A stretch of 64,000 nucleotides of DNA, from NCBI GenBank assembly GCA_905182515.1, contig CAJJBW010000007.1, forward strand, positions 17,025 to 81,024, written 5' to 3'. Numbering within the stretch: position 1 is the stretch's first letter; each line of letters begins with the position of its first letter. This document shows, in pieces, positions 21,411 through 30,974 of the stretch. The position numbers and the translations under genes were made by a program. This stretch comes from an uncultured Candidatus Poseidoniales archaeon. Lineage in GTDB: Archaea > Thermoplasmatota > Poseidoniia > Poseidoniales > Thalassarchaeaceae. A model generated the notes under the pieces. That model had not been told where the DNA came from, ran no database searches, and was given only the letters and a program-made list of their open reading frames with translations.

Positions 21411-21872
21411 TTAGGCGGCAGCGTAAGCTAAAACTTCATGATAATCAGGTTCCTTTCCTGGATTCTCTGCTACCCAAGAATAGCCGATTTTACCATTTGC
21501 CTCTACCACAAAAATTGAACGTTGAGAAGCAGTGAAACCAGGTGCCCCGAAGTCATGAATTGCTAATCCATAAGAATTGATTACTTTTCTTTCAACATCG
21601 CAAAGAAGGGGAAAATCAATATTGTTACTTTCAGAGAATAGATTGTTAGCAAATACATTATCGGCGGATATTCCAAAAATTCGTGATTTTGATTCTGATA
21701 ATTTGGATATTGAATCGGAAAGAGTACACATTTCCGTAGTGCATACTCCAGTAAATGCCGCTGGATAAAATGCTAAAATAACTTTATTTCCAATATAATC
21801 GCTTAATGTTACCATTGATCTATCATTTGCCATTAATGTGAAATCGGGTGCCGTATCTCCTACACTTACCAT
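21411..21872 (-). CDS. Peroxiredoxin (AhpC/TSA family)
   Basis: FYPAAFTGVCTTEMC. Confidence 0.9.
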   Translation of the reverse strand: MVSVGDTAPDFTLMANDRSMVTLSDYIGNKVILAFYPAAFTGVCTTEMCTLSDSISKLSESKSRIFGISADNVFANNLFSESNNIDFPLLCDVERKVINSYGLAIHDFGAPGFTASQRSIFVVEANGKIGYSWVAENPGKEPDYHEVLAYAAA

Positions 21873-22198
21873 ACGCTCCCCACGTAGTTCTTTATTTCAA
21901 ACATATGTATAATTTTTATCTTTCTTAAATATAGTGATTCGAACCAAAGATTATCAATACAATAACTACAGGAAGGCGTATGCATATGGCAGCAGTATTA
22001 CATATTGCTCTCAGAGAATTGATGGTTGGAAGGAAGATATACTTCATATTGGGGGAGTTAGACGTTAATTTTGTAGATAAATTAGGACCAGTGTCACAAG
22101 ATTAGGATGAAGAAATAACAATTATAGTAGAAATTTATACATTTGTTGCAAGCGTATCAATAAATAATTAATAAAATTAAAAGAAAGAGGGTGAAAAA

Positions 22199-22603
22199 AT
22201 GGCAGAAATATCAAAAAAGAACCCACAAATATTGAAAATCAAAGGACCAATAAAAGAAGGAGGAGGGGAGTCTATTCTCGAGATCAGGAGTAATTCCATG
22301 GTTGAAATGGAAATTCCTTGCTCCGAGATATTAGTAATTATAGAACGCAGAATTCAGAGAACCATATTGCATGGAGGCGAGGGTGATGACTTGACCGATC
22401 AGGGAGCTGAATCAGCAATATACTACATTGAGGCATATATTGGAGTAGATGCATATACGACTATAATGGGACTTTTTAGAGGAGGGCAGCCAACTATCGA
22501 AGAACCATTTGAAGGAGGAGATAAAAAGGTAGCATTCAAATCAATAACATATAGTGCTGCAGATCGTCTATTAAAATTAAAATTGATTGAGGATATAATT
22601 TAA
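22199..22603 (+). CDS. Hypothetical protein, possible phage tail/DNA-circularisation N-terminal-like fold
   Basis: GAGGGTG SD; RRIQRTILHGGEGDDLTDQG…YYIEAYIG pattern. Confidence 0.6.
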   Translation: MAEISKKNPQILKIKGPIKEGGGESILEIRSNSMVEMEIPCSEILVIIERRIQRTILHGGEGDDLTDQGAESAIYYIEAYIGVDAYTTIMGLFRGGQPTIEEPFEGGDKKVAFKSITYSAADRLLKLKLIEDII

Positions 22604-24124
22604 TTAAGAACGGAATTCACTTTTTTTACGACTGCTGGAATTATTTGTTTTTTGCCTGTTTCCGCCGGAGTTTCTACTAGGTCCGTCATTGCCACGTCTG
22701 TTTCCACCAGAGTTTCTACTAGGTCCGTCATTGCCACGTCTGTTTCCGCCAGAGTTTCCACTAGACCTGTCATTGCCGCGTCTGTTTCCACCAGAATTTC
22801 CACCAGAGTTTCCACTAGATCTGTCATTGCCGCGTCTGTTTCCTCCAGAATTTCCACTAGACCTGTCATTGCCGCGTCTGTTTCCACTAGACCTGTCATT
22901 GCCGCGTCTGTTTCCACCGGATGATCGGCGGCGGTCATTATTTCCTCCTCTCCTCTTTGATCCTCGCTCTTCTCTTTCAGGAGGGACTAATTCGAATTCA
23001 TGTTCCACCAGAGTCTCAACTTGAGGGAGGACGTATCTGCATTTTATTCCGACACTATTCTGTATCCTAGTATATGCACGTTGTTTGGATTTTGGTACGA
23101 AAGATATCACGATACCTGATGTCCCGGCCCTAGCTGTTCTGCCACTACGGTGTTTGTACGCCTTGCCATTCTCTGGAGGGTCATAATTTATTACGCAATT
23201 TATTCCTTCAACATCAATTCCCCTAGAAGCAACATCTGTGGCAATTAGAACCATTGTTCTTCCAGTACTGAATTTTCTCATTGCTTTGTCTCTCTGATTT
23301 TGATTTAAACCACCATGTAATATTGTGGATGAAATTTGTTCTTCAAACATTTCATCACCAAGGCGGTTAACTCCCTCTCTAGTTCTGCAAAAAATTATGG
23401 TTCGACCTGATTTACGGACTATTTCTGCAGCAGTTTCGGATCTTTTGTGGTTCTTTACATTCCAAAAGAGGTGTTCCATACTATCCATACTTACTTCTTC
23501 TGGGCCTACCTCTATAGTCACAGGATCTACTTGATATTTTTCAACTATGTCAATAACGTCATCATCTAGCGTGGCACTGAATAAAATAGTTTGACGATTT
23601 TCAGAACACATTTCTATAATATCACAAACTGGTTCCATGAACCCCATATCTGCCATCCTATCTGCTTCATCTAAAACAATAATGCTAACATCATTTAACG
23701 ATACTGCTCTACGATCAATTAGGTCTAGTAATCTCCCAGGGCAGGCCACTAATATCTCAGCACCGTCTTCTAAACCACGTAACTGATTCCTGTAAGCAAC
23801 ACCCCCATATACTGAAAGTACATTCATATCGATTGCTCTTGCCAATGGAGTTAGAACAGTGCGTATTTGCTCGGCTAACTCTCTTGTTGGAGTAAGAATT
23901 AGAGATGTTGGTCTTTTGCTTTTGGCCCTCTTGGTTCTTTCCAATAGTGGCAATCCAAATGCCAATGTTTTACCAGAGCCTGTTGGTGCCCTGCAACATA
24001 CATCACGTCCTTCCATAGAATCAGGGATTGATTCCATCTGAACTTCGAAAGGTTCTATGATTCCTTGTCGCTCTAATACCGTAACCAAATCAGGTCCGAT
24101 TCCTAAGTCTGAGAATCGAACCAA
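22604..24124 (-). CDS. DEAD-box RNA helicase with a repetitive Gly/Asn/Arg C-terminal tail
   Basis: Q motif, APTGSGKT, PTRELA, DEAD, SAT, HRSGRTAR. Confidence 0.96.
   Translation of the reverse strand: MVRFSDLGIGPDLVTVLERQGIIEPFEVQMESIPDSMEGRDVCCRAPTGSGKTLAFGLPLLERTKRAKSKRPTSLILTPTRELAEQIRTVLTPLARAIDMNVLSVYGGVAYRNQLRGLEDGAEILVACPGRLLDLIDRRAVSLNDVSIIVLDEADRMADMGFMEPVCDIIEMCSENRQTILFSATLDDDVIDIVEKYQVDPVTIEVGPEEVSMDSMEHLFWNVKNHKRSETAAEIVRKSGRTIIFCRTREGVNRLGDEMFEEQISSTILHGGLNQNQRDKAMRKFSTGRTMVLIATDVASRGIDVEGINCVINYDPPENGKAYKHRSGRTARAGTSGIVISFVPKSKQRAYTRIQNSVGIKCRYVLPQVETLVEHEFELVPPEREERGSKRRGGNNDRRRSSGGNRRGNDRSSGNRRGNDRSSGNSGGNRRGNDRSSGNSGGNSGGNRRGNDRSSGNSGGNRRGNDGPSRNSGGNRRGNDGPSRNSGGNRQKTNNSSSRKKSEFRS
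22654..22918 (-). repeat. In-frame tandem repeat, six units of 30/42/54/42/42/42 nt encoding GNRRGND(RSS|GPS)(G|R)NSG variants
   Basis: GTCATTGCC(A/G)CGTCTGTTTCC occurs six times on the + strand. Confidence 0.93.
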
Positions 24125-24226
24125 TAAGCAACCCTAATCGACCGCGCATCGGTTTGCTATTTAGCATAGATAGTAAAATTGACCATTAAAAAACTAGTCT
24201 GAGGTATTAAAATTTCAACCAAAAAT

Positions 24227-25732
24227 TCAACTTGAGCAGGAAAGCATAGAACATCCTGTCTTATTTTTTGCCCATTTTGGTCTTTTAGAAAACCATTTCG
24301 ATTCATAATTTAATTGTTCATCATACGGCATTTTAATAAGTTGAAATAATTCATTAAGTAAAGAATAGTCTTTTTCTTCTGCTTTTTCTATAGCCAACTG
24401 TACCATCCAATTTCTCAATATATACTTTGGATTTGTAGTATTCATTTTAACGTCTCTTTCAGGAGTAACTTTTTGAAGATAACTGTTTAGCCAATTAATC
24501 CATTCTTGCGATATTCCCTCTTCATAGAAACTTTCAGAAATAGAGTCATGATTCGATTCATCAATATTAGCTAGTTTCCTAAAAAATATTGTCATATCAA
24601 CTTCTTTTTCTTGTAATAGAAATATTAGGTCATTAATTAATTTACTATCAAATTTTAAAATCCCTAGTTTCTGGCACCACATTTTCTGATATTCCAGGGC
24701 AAGATAATCATCATAATGTAACATTAGATTATGAATTTTATCAGTCTCAGAGAATAAAGGAGAGATTGATTCCAATAATCTAGCTAAATTCCAACCAGCT
24801 ATATTTGGTTGTTGACCAAACCGATATCTAGATGTTGACAAATCAGTAATATTTGGAGTCCAATTATGATCATAATTCTCAATCCAACCATATGGCCCAT
24901 AATCGATAGTTATACCATGTATTGACATGTTATCAGTATTCATCACTCCATGGACAAAGCCAACTCTCATCCAATGAATTACCATACGAGCAGTACTTTC
25001 AACAACCTCTCTTAACCAATCAATAAGTAATTGGTCTCCACTTGATTTAAGATGACCAAAATGAGTTTTTATTGTATAATTTACTAGTTTTTTAAGAGAA
25101 TTCATGTCCCCCCTCAAAGCATGTATCTGAAATGATCCAAAGCGTATGAAGCTTGGAGCAACTCTGCATATGACCGCACCTGGTTCATAAGAAGGGTTAC
25201 CATCATAAAGAATGTCTCGGAGTATTTTTTCACCAGTTATACACAAAGAGAGTGCACGAGTTGTTGGGATTCCTAAATGATGCATTGCCTCACTACAAAG
25301 AAACTCTCTGATAGAGGATCTTAAAACAGCTTTTCCATCTGCAAAACGAGAATAGGGAGTCGTTCCAGAACCTTTTAGTTGTAATTCTAATTTTCCTGAT
25401 TCGGACATAACTTCTCCCAAAGTTATCGCCCTACCGTCTCCTAATTGACCTGCCCATGATCCAAATTGGTGTCCGCCATAACATTGAGAATATGGCTTCA
25501 TACCTGAACACAATACATTGCCGGATAAAATTTTACTTTCTTTCTCATCAATTTTTAATATACTTGCCATTTCATCTGACCAAATAATCATTTCTGGACT
25601 TGGGACAATTGAGGGAGTGGTTTTTGACCAACAAGCATTGAAAACCTTTCGAGGGTAATTTTCTTCAATATTATCGCCTGGTGTTTTGGAAATAAAATCT
25701 GAAGACCAGTGGAGGTCGCGAATACCCGTCAT
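24227..25732 (-). CDS. selO: Protein adenylyltransferase SelO/YdiU (Cys form)
   Basis: YGGHQFG…QLGDGRA, QLKGSG, HGVMNTDN, IDYGP, C-terminal CSMLSCSS. Confidence 0.95.
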   Translation of the reverse strand: MTGIRDLHWSSDFISKTPGDNIEENYPRKVFNACWSKTTPSIVPSPEMIIWSDEMASILKIDEKESKILSGNVLCSGMKPYSQCYGGHQFGSWAGQLGDGRAITLGEVMSESGKLELQLKGSGTTPYSRFADGKAVLRSSIREFLCSEAMHHLGIPTTRALSLCITGEKILRDILYDGNPSYEPGAVICRVAPSFIRFGSFQIHALRGDMNSLKKLVNYTIKTHFGHLKSSGDQLLIDWLREVVESTARMVIHWMRVGFVHGVMNTDNMSIHGITIDYGPYGWIENYDHNWTPNITDLSTSRYRFGQQPNIAGWNLARLLESISPLFSETDKIHNLMLHYDDYLALEYQKMWCQKLGILKFDSKLINDLIFLLQEKEVDMTIFFRKLANIDESNHDSISESFYEEGISQEWINWLNSYLQKVTPERDVKMNTTNPKYILRNWMVQLAIEKAEEKDYSLLNELFQLIKMPYDEQLNYESKWFSKRPKWAKNKTGCSMLSCSS

Positions 25733-25774
25733 GTAATTTTGGTAGATAATACGCACTTTAACATTGGTAATTAA

Positions 25775-26860
25775 TTACAATGTTTTTAGTTGACGTGCCC
25801 CTGCTCCTCCATAGCCATTCCAATCATCAGGAGAATTACCAAGAATAGCATTTATTTCAATTATATTTTCATCATTTAGTTTTTCTGCTACAGCTATACA
25901 ACCTAAATTTTCTTCCATTTGTTCTGGTTTAGTTGCGCCAAGAAGAATTGTACTGACATTGGGATTTTTTAGGCACCATGCTAATGCTAATTGTGCAGTA
26001 GTGCACCCAAATTTTGATGCTGCATAATCAGTTAATTTTCTTACTATTTCAACTTCGCCGATTGCCTTTCTTCGTTCTAAATCTTCAATTAACCATTCAT
26101 ATCCTTTCTGAGTTGGACGCGAATCTTCCGGTATTCCATCATTGTACTTTCCAGTTAGAAAACCCGATCTCAGAGGAGACCATATCGTAGCACCATAATT
26201 ATATGGAGGTTGGAAAAGAGGGAAGTATTCTTCTTCAAATCGCTGCCTATGCAACATATTATACTGAGGTTGTTCATACATTGGCGGCTCTAGGCCTTCG
26301 GATTTGGCAAACCATATAGCTTCCATAATTTGTGCTGCAGACCATTCAGATGTACCCCACGAGGTTGCCCATCCATTCCGAACTGCATCAGTCATAGCCC
26401 GGACTATAGTTGAAGTAGGAGTAAAGGGATCTGGTCTATGGCAAAATACCATATCAACATAATCAAGTTGAAGTCTATCAAGACTTGCATCAAGGCCTTC
26501 TAAGATATGTTTACGAGATAGTCCGGATTCATTTACTCCTTCTCCGCCCCAAAATATTTTTGTAGTTATAATTAGCTCCGAACGGCGCCATTTTTGGGGA
26601 TCATTTTCTTGGAGTTCAGACAACGCGATACCAAAAAGACGTTCTGCTTCTCCATTTGGGTTACCATATGCTTCGGCGTGATCAAAACAATTTACACCTG
26701 CATCCCTAGCAATTGTCATGCATTTTTTTGCCATTTCGACGCCTTCATTCTCCATTAACCTATCTTTTACTCCATAAGTTGCCCAAAATCCGTAAGAAAG
26801 TACAGAAACCTGCAAACCTGTATTTCCCATCATTCTGTAGTACATACTCTCACTCGGCAT
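25775..26860 (-). CDS. Aldo/keto reductase (Kv-beta/AKR6-like)
   Basis: FDHAEAYG, TKIFWGG, GLSRKHI, CHRPD, WSPL, LAWCLKNPNVS. Confidence 0.92.
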   Translation of the reverse strand: MPSESMYYRMMGNTGLQVSVLSYGFWATYGVKDRLMENEGVEMAKKCMTIARDAGVNCFDHAEAYGNPNGEAERLFGIALSELQENDPQKWRRSELIITTKIFWGGEGVNESGLSRKHILEGLDASLDRLQLDYVDMVFCHRPDPFTPTSTIVRAMTDAVRNGWATSWGTSEWSAAQIMEAIWFAKSEGLEPPMYEQPQYNMLHRQRFEEEYFPLFQPPYNYGATIWSPLRSGFLTGKYNDGIPEDSRPTQKGYEWLIEDLERRKAIGEVEIVRKLTDYAASKFGCTTAQLALAWCLKNPNVSTILLGATKPEQMEENLGCIAVAEKLNDENIIEINAILGNSPDDWNGYGGAGARQLKTL

Positions 26861-26955
26861 AACATTCTTACTCTACTAGGTGGTTTCAAGATTGCGGTAA
26901 AAAAAACAGAAATAAATAAGAAAGTGTTATCATGTTTTGAACCTTGAGCATCTAT

Positions 26956-28143
26956 ATGGATGCCGGGTTGATTCTCTCAAAGGCGAAAAAAATTCAATCA
27001 TGGGTTATTGAAAAAAGACGAGAAATTCATCGACATCCAGAACTAATGTATGAAGAATTTGTGACCAGTAAATTAGTTCAAGATACCCTGAAAGGACTAA
27101 GTATTCCCTTTCAAAATGACATCGCAATAACTGGCGTCATTGGCACAATAGGTAATGGTAATGGCCCCTGCATCGCGCTCAGAGCAGATATGGATGCATT
27201 ACCAATTCATGAAGAAGTGGATGTAGAGTTCAGAAGTAAAATTGATGGTAAAATGCATGCATGCGGACACGATTGCCATACTGCAATGTTACTTGGAGCA
27301 GCCCGTATATTAAAAGAAAATGAAGAGAATATTCAAGGTACAATTAAACTTATTTTCCAGCCTGCAGAAGAAGGAGGAGCTGGAGGTAAAATGATGAGAG
27401 ACGAAGGAGTATTAGAAAATCCAGATGTTCAACAGATATTTGGATTACATGTAGCAGGACAATTACCAACTGGAATGTTAGCTTCTAGAGAAGGTACTTT
27501 ATTAGCTGCAGCAGGATCCTTGAAAATAGTAGTAAAAGGCAATGGAGGTCATGCTGCAGCACCTCATAATACGATAGATCCTGTCATTACTGGATCAAAA
27601 ATAGTAGTGGAGTTGCAAACAATAATCTCTCGTGAATTAAATCCACTTGAATCAGGAGTAATTAGTGTGACTATGATGAAGGCAGGAGATGCACGAAATG
27701 TAATTCCCTCAACTATGGAATTAGAGGGGACGATACGATCTTTAACATTAGAAGGACTAATGAATTTACAAACAAGAGTTAAAGAAATATCAGAGTTGGT
27801 TGCGAAGGCAAATCGTTGCGAAGCAGAAGTTACATTTCCAGGCCATGATTATCCCCCTACTGTAAATTCTAGTGTATGCTGGGAATTAGGAAAAATTGCA
27901 GGAAAGGACATTCTTGGAGAGAATAAAGTGATTGAAATGCCCCCCATAATGGGAGGAGAAGATTTTGCTTACTATACTCAGAAAGTACCTGGTTGTTTTG
28001 CTTTCCTAGGAGTAAGTAACCCTGAAATAAACGCAACATATGATGTCCATCACCCTATGTTCAAAGTTGATGAAGAAGCCCTGCCCCTAGGAACTGCTAT
28101 TCATGTTAATTTCGCACTGAAATCTTTAGAATCACTAAGATGA
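26956..28143 (+). CDS. M20 family amidohydrolase
   Basis: LRADMDALP, MHACGHD, FQPAEE, GGHAA, GEDF. Confidence 0.93.
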   Translation: MDAGLILSKAKKIQSWVIEKRREIHRHPELMYEEFVTSKLVQDTLKGLSIPFQNDIAITGVIGTIGNGNGPCIALRADMDALPIHEEVDVEFRSKIDGKMHACGHDCHTAMLLGAARILKENEENIQGTIKLIFQPAEEGGAGGKMMRDEGVLENPDVQQIFGLHVAGQLPTGMLASREGTLLAAAGSLKIVVKGNGGHAAAPHNTIDPVITGSKIVVELQTIISRELNPLESGVISVTMMKAGDARNVIPSTMELEGTIRSLTLEGLMNLQTRVKEISELVAKANRCEAEVTFPGHDYPPTVNSSVCWELGKIAGKDILGENKVIEMPPIMGGEDFAYYTQKVPGCFAFLGVSNPEINATYDVHHPMFKVDEEALPLGTAIHVNFALKSLESLR

Positions 28144-28201
28144 CGTATAGACGTAATTTTTAATATGAAGAATATGAAATATAATAATAAGGTATGAGAT
28201 A

Positions 28202-29239
28202 ATGGAAATTGGGATTGATAGTTTTGCTGCTTTAGAAAGAGGGAATGTAAAAAGTTCACCTGAAAATAGTACTAAGTCTTTATCTCAATTACTAGATAGG
28301 ATAGTGCAAGCAGACAAAATGGGATTAGATATTTTTGGAATTGGTGAACATTATAGGAAAGAGTTTTTGGATTCAGCCCCTCCAGTCATACTTTCTGCAG
28401 CTGCTGCTCGAACTAATAAAATTCGTTTGACTAGTGCTGTTACCGTCTTGAGTGCTGCTGATCCGGTCAGGGTATTCCAAAATTATGCGACACTTGATTT
28501 GATATCAGGAGGGCGTGCAGAAATGGTTGTTGGACGTGGCTCATTTACGGAATCTTTTCCTTTATTTGGATTAAATATTCAAGAATATGATGAAATATTT
28601 TCTGAAAAATTAGATCTATTACTTTCAATTAGAGATAATGAAACAATAAATTGGTCTGGAAAGTACAGACCGCCATTGAGAAATCAAACAGTTTATCCTA
28701 GACCTTTACAAAATCCATTACCAATATGGCTTGGAGTTGGGGGGACTCCTCAATCATTTGTTCGGGCAGGCTTACTTGGCTTACCTTTGATGATTGCAAT
28801 TATTGGAGGGGAAACTCATAGATTTAGGCCATTAGTTGACCTCTACAGGGAAGCAGGAGAAAGAGCCGGACATTCTCCGGATAAACTTAAAGTTGGGATA
28901 CATTCATTAGGATATGTTGCAAATGATGCTCAAAATGCCAGAGATATTTATTTTCCTGGTTATGCTGAGACATTTACACGAATTGGAAAGGAAAGAGGAT
29001 GGCCCCCCGTTACTCGTAATAGATTCGATGAACAAACTGGGCCCTTGGGCGCATACGTGATTGGTGATGCCGAAGAAGTAGCTGAAAAAATAATTAGGCA
29101 TAGTGAATCCCTAGGCGGAATATCCAGATTTTCTTTTCAAATGGATAATGCAAAATTATCGCATACACAATTAATGGACTCTATTGAAATAATAGGTAAA
29201 GAAGTCTCTCCAATTGTTAATAATTCGGTCACTAACTAA
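28202..29239 (+). CDS. LLM-class (luciferase-like) flavin-dependent oxidoreductase
   Basis: GIGEH, RLTSAVTVLSAADPVRV, GRGSF, VGGTPQS. Confidence 0.92.
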   Translation: MEIGIDSFAALERGNVKSSPENSTKSLSQLLDRIVQADKMGLDIFGIGEHYRKEFLDSAPPVILSAAAARTNKIRLTSAVTVLSAADPVRVFQNYATLDLISGGRAEMVVGRGSFTESFPLFGLNIQEYDEIFSEKLDLLLSIRDNETINWSGKYRPPLRNQTVYPRPLQNPLPIWLGVGGTPQSFVRAGLLGLPLMIAIIGGETHRFRPLVDLYREAGERAGHSPDKLKVGIHSLGYVANDAQNARDIYFPGYAETFTRIGKERGWPPVTRNRFDEQTGPLGAYVIGDAEEVAEKIIRHSESLGGISRFSFQMDNAKLSHTQLMDSIEIIGKEVSPIVNNSVTN

Positions 29240-29742
29240 TAATAAATTAAAGGTAAATATACGAATAGTGAAATAGGCAATAATAAACTTAGAATTGGAA
29301 TTGCTAGCAAACCTATCAAAAACCATCTGAGGCCAGATTGAGTAAGCCCCGGATAATTCCTAGAATCCAAACCAATTGCCAAATTAACCAAGATGCAGTA
29401 AATAATATTCCCCGAATAAATTCTTCATTGAACACAGATGCACTGAACATGCATGCCATTGAAATAATAGAAGTCGAAAAGAGAATGAGAAAAAAACCTA
29501 TAAAAAACCACACTGGATTAGATAACCTTTGACCTATGGGAATTTATCATTCATTTTCGGTAGTTGTTCCTTCATATGATGAAATAGGAATTAGAGAACT
29601 AATAAGAGTTGAGAGGGGTTTTTTCGAAACATAAACTGATGATTCTTGGATAATTGATTAAGGAGGTTTGCCGCCATGAAATGATTGACTTTTCAATGAA
29701 TTATTATGTTTTCCAATTCTAATGTCCCTTATTTGTGCCATA
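29237..29742 (-). pseudogene. Decayed membrane-protein gene (fragments in several frames)
   Basis: Hydrophobic fragment 29316-29513 continues in another frame (LIGLLAIPILSLLLPISLFVYLPLIYY*); the upstream ATG ORF is interrupted by stops. Confidence 0.4.
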
Positions 29743-29827
29743 TTTAATTAAGATATTATTCTTTCCTCGTTAATAATAAATATTCCTTGGGGGTACTGTT
29801 TTTAGTCAAGTACGGTAAAGCACAATA

Positions 29828-30568
29828 ATGGAAGAGGGTGTGTGGGATATGAAACATATTCCATTCCTTATGCCCAATAGGAGATGTACACTGAGGCAAA
29901 ATTGGATAAATTTGACATTTATGCATTGGGAAGTTGATCCAAAAAAAATTAAAAAATATATTCCTGAAGATTTGGAATTAGACTTATTCAAAGGTAAAGC
30001 ATATGTTGGAACAATTCCTTTTATCATGGAAAAAGTTAGACCATATTATTTACCACCTCTGCCAGGGATTTCTACGTTTGCAGAATTCAACATTAGAACT
30101 TATGTCAAGAAAAATGGCAAAGGAGGTGTGCTTTTTCTAACTTTAGATGCACAAAGCCATATTACGTGTCTATTTGCACCTCGGGCATATGGCCTACCTT
30201 ATGTTTATTCAAAGTCAAAAGTTAAGGTAACAAATGAAGACGGGTATTACTGGCATTCTAAGCGTAAAAGTAATGGAATAGAACTACGAGGTGCATCATT
30301 TGCAAAGGGAGGATTGCGTAATGCGGAAAAGGGTACGTTGGAAGAATTTTTATTTGAAAGATATTGCCTATATGTTAGACATAAAGGAGAAACAAAAATA
30401 GCCCATACTCAGCATGCCCCATGGTACTTTCAAGACGGGGAGGCTAAAATTGAAACAAACACATTGACAGAATTTTATGAATTGGGAATTAAAAACCCAC
30501 TTAAAGCTGAATTTGTACATGTAACAAAGGGAGTGAAGGTTAAAACATGGAGTTTAGAGAAAACATAA
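29828..30568 (+). CDS. YqjF/DUF2071 family protein
   Basis: QNWINLTFMHW, FAEFNIRTYV, LDA, FLFERY. Confidence 0.88.
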   Translation: MEEGVWDMKHIPFLMPNRRCTLRQNWINLTFMHWEVDPKKIKKYIPEDLELDLFKGKAYVGTIPFIMEKVRPYYLPPLPGISTFAEFNIRTYVKKNGKGGVLFLTLDAQSHITCLFAPRAYGLPYVYSKSKVKVTNEDGYYWHSKRKSNGIELRGASFAKGGLRNAEKGTLEEFLFERYCLYVRHKGETKIAHTQHAPWYFQDGEAKIETNTLTEFYELGIKNPLKAEFVHVTKGVKVKTWSLEKT

Positions 30569-30578
30569 GGAAGTAACG

Positions 30579-30962
30579 TTGATGAAAGAACGAGATATTT
30601 TATTGATGGATGGCGATTGTGGATTATGCTCCCATGTGGCAAATTTTATGTATCCTCGTTTAGCCAATAAAGGTTCATTGCAGTTCTTATCAAATTCAAG
30701 CAAAGAAGGTAGAAAAATAATTTCTAAACTTTCCAAACAGTATCAAATTACAGACACAGTGTATCTAATTAGAAATGGTAAATGTCATATTAAATCAGGG
30801 GCTGCAGTTAGATGTTTACTCTATATGAGATGGCATTATAAGATATTTTTTCCATTATTTTGGCTTTATCCTTTGCCACTCAGAGACATAAAATATAGTA
30901 TTTTAGCAAGATATCGCCATTACTTCTTCAAAAGGCCGGCTTATTGTATTTTTCCAGATTAA
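30579..30962 (+). CDS. DCC1-like thiol-disulfide oxidoreductase (DUF393)
   Basis: DGDCGLC; PLRD.Y..LARYR. Confidence 0.85.
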   Translation: MMKERDILLMDGDCGLCSHVANFMYPRLANKGSLQFLSNSSKEGRKIISKLSKQYQITDTVYLIRNGKCHIKSGAAVRCLLYMRWHYKIFFPLFWLYPLPLRDIKYSILARYRHYFFKRPAYCIFPD

Positions 30963-30974
30963 AAAAATATTTAT

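Noticed and set aside
21880-22190. Short ORFs upstream of the 22199 gene (e.g. MAAVLHIALRELMVGRK…)
   Set aside because: They are under 45 aa in competing frames with no motif; at most a decayed remnant that I cannot call.
22654-22918. Regularly spaced repeats resembling a CRISPR array, plus three overlapping ORFs (22600-22938, 22652-22924, 22689-23024)
   Set aside because: There are no unique spacers, units are codon multiples inside the helicase frame, and no cas genes are present. The extra ORFs are open only because the repeat lacks stops.
24227-24260. Possible selenocysteine at the SelO C-terminus (gene ends in TGA)
   Set aside because: The redox position is already Cys (CSMLSCSS) and TGA follows the complete motif, so it is a normal stop.
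25775-26860. Kv-beta-like AKR as a subunit of the K+ channel at 51091-51969
   Set aside because: The genes are 24 kb apart, the channel lacks a T1 docking domain, and such AKRs are common stand-alone enzymes.
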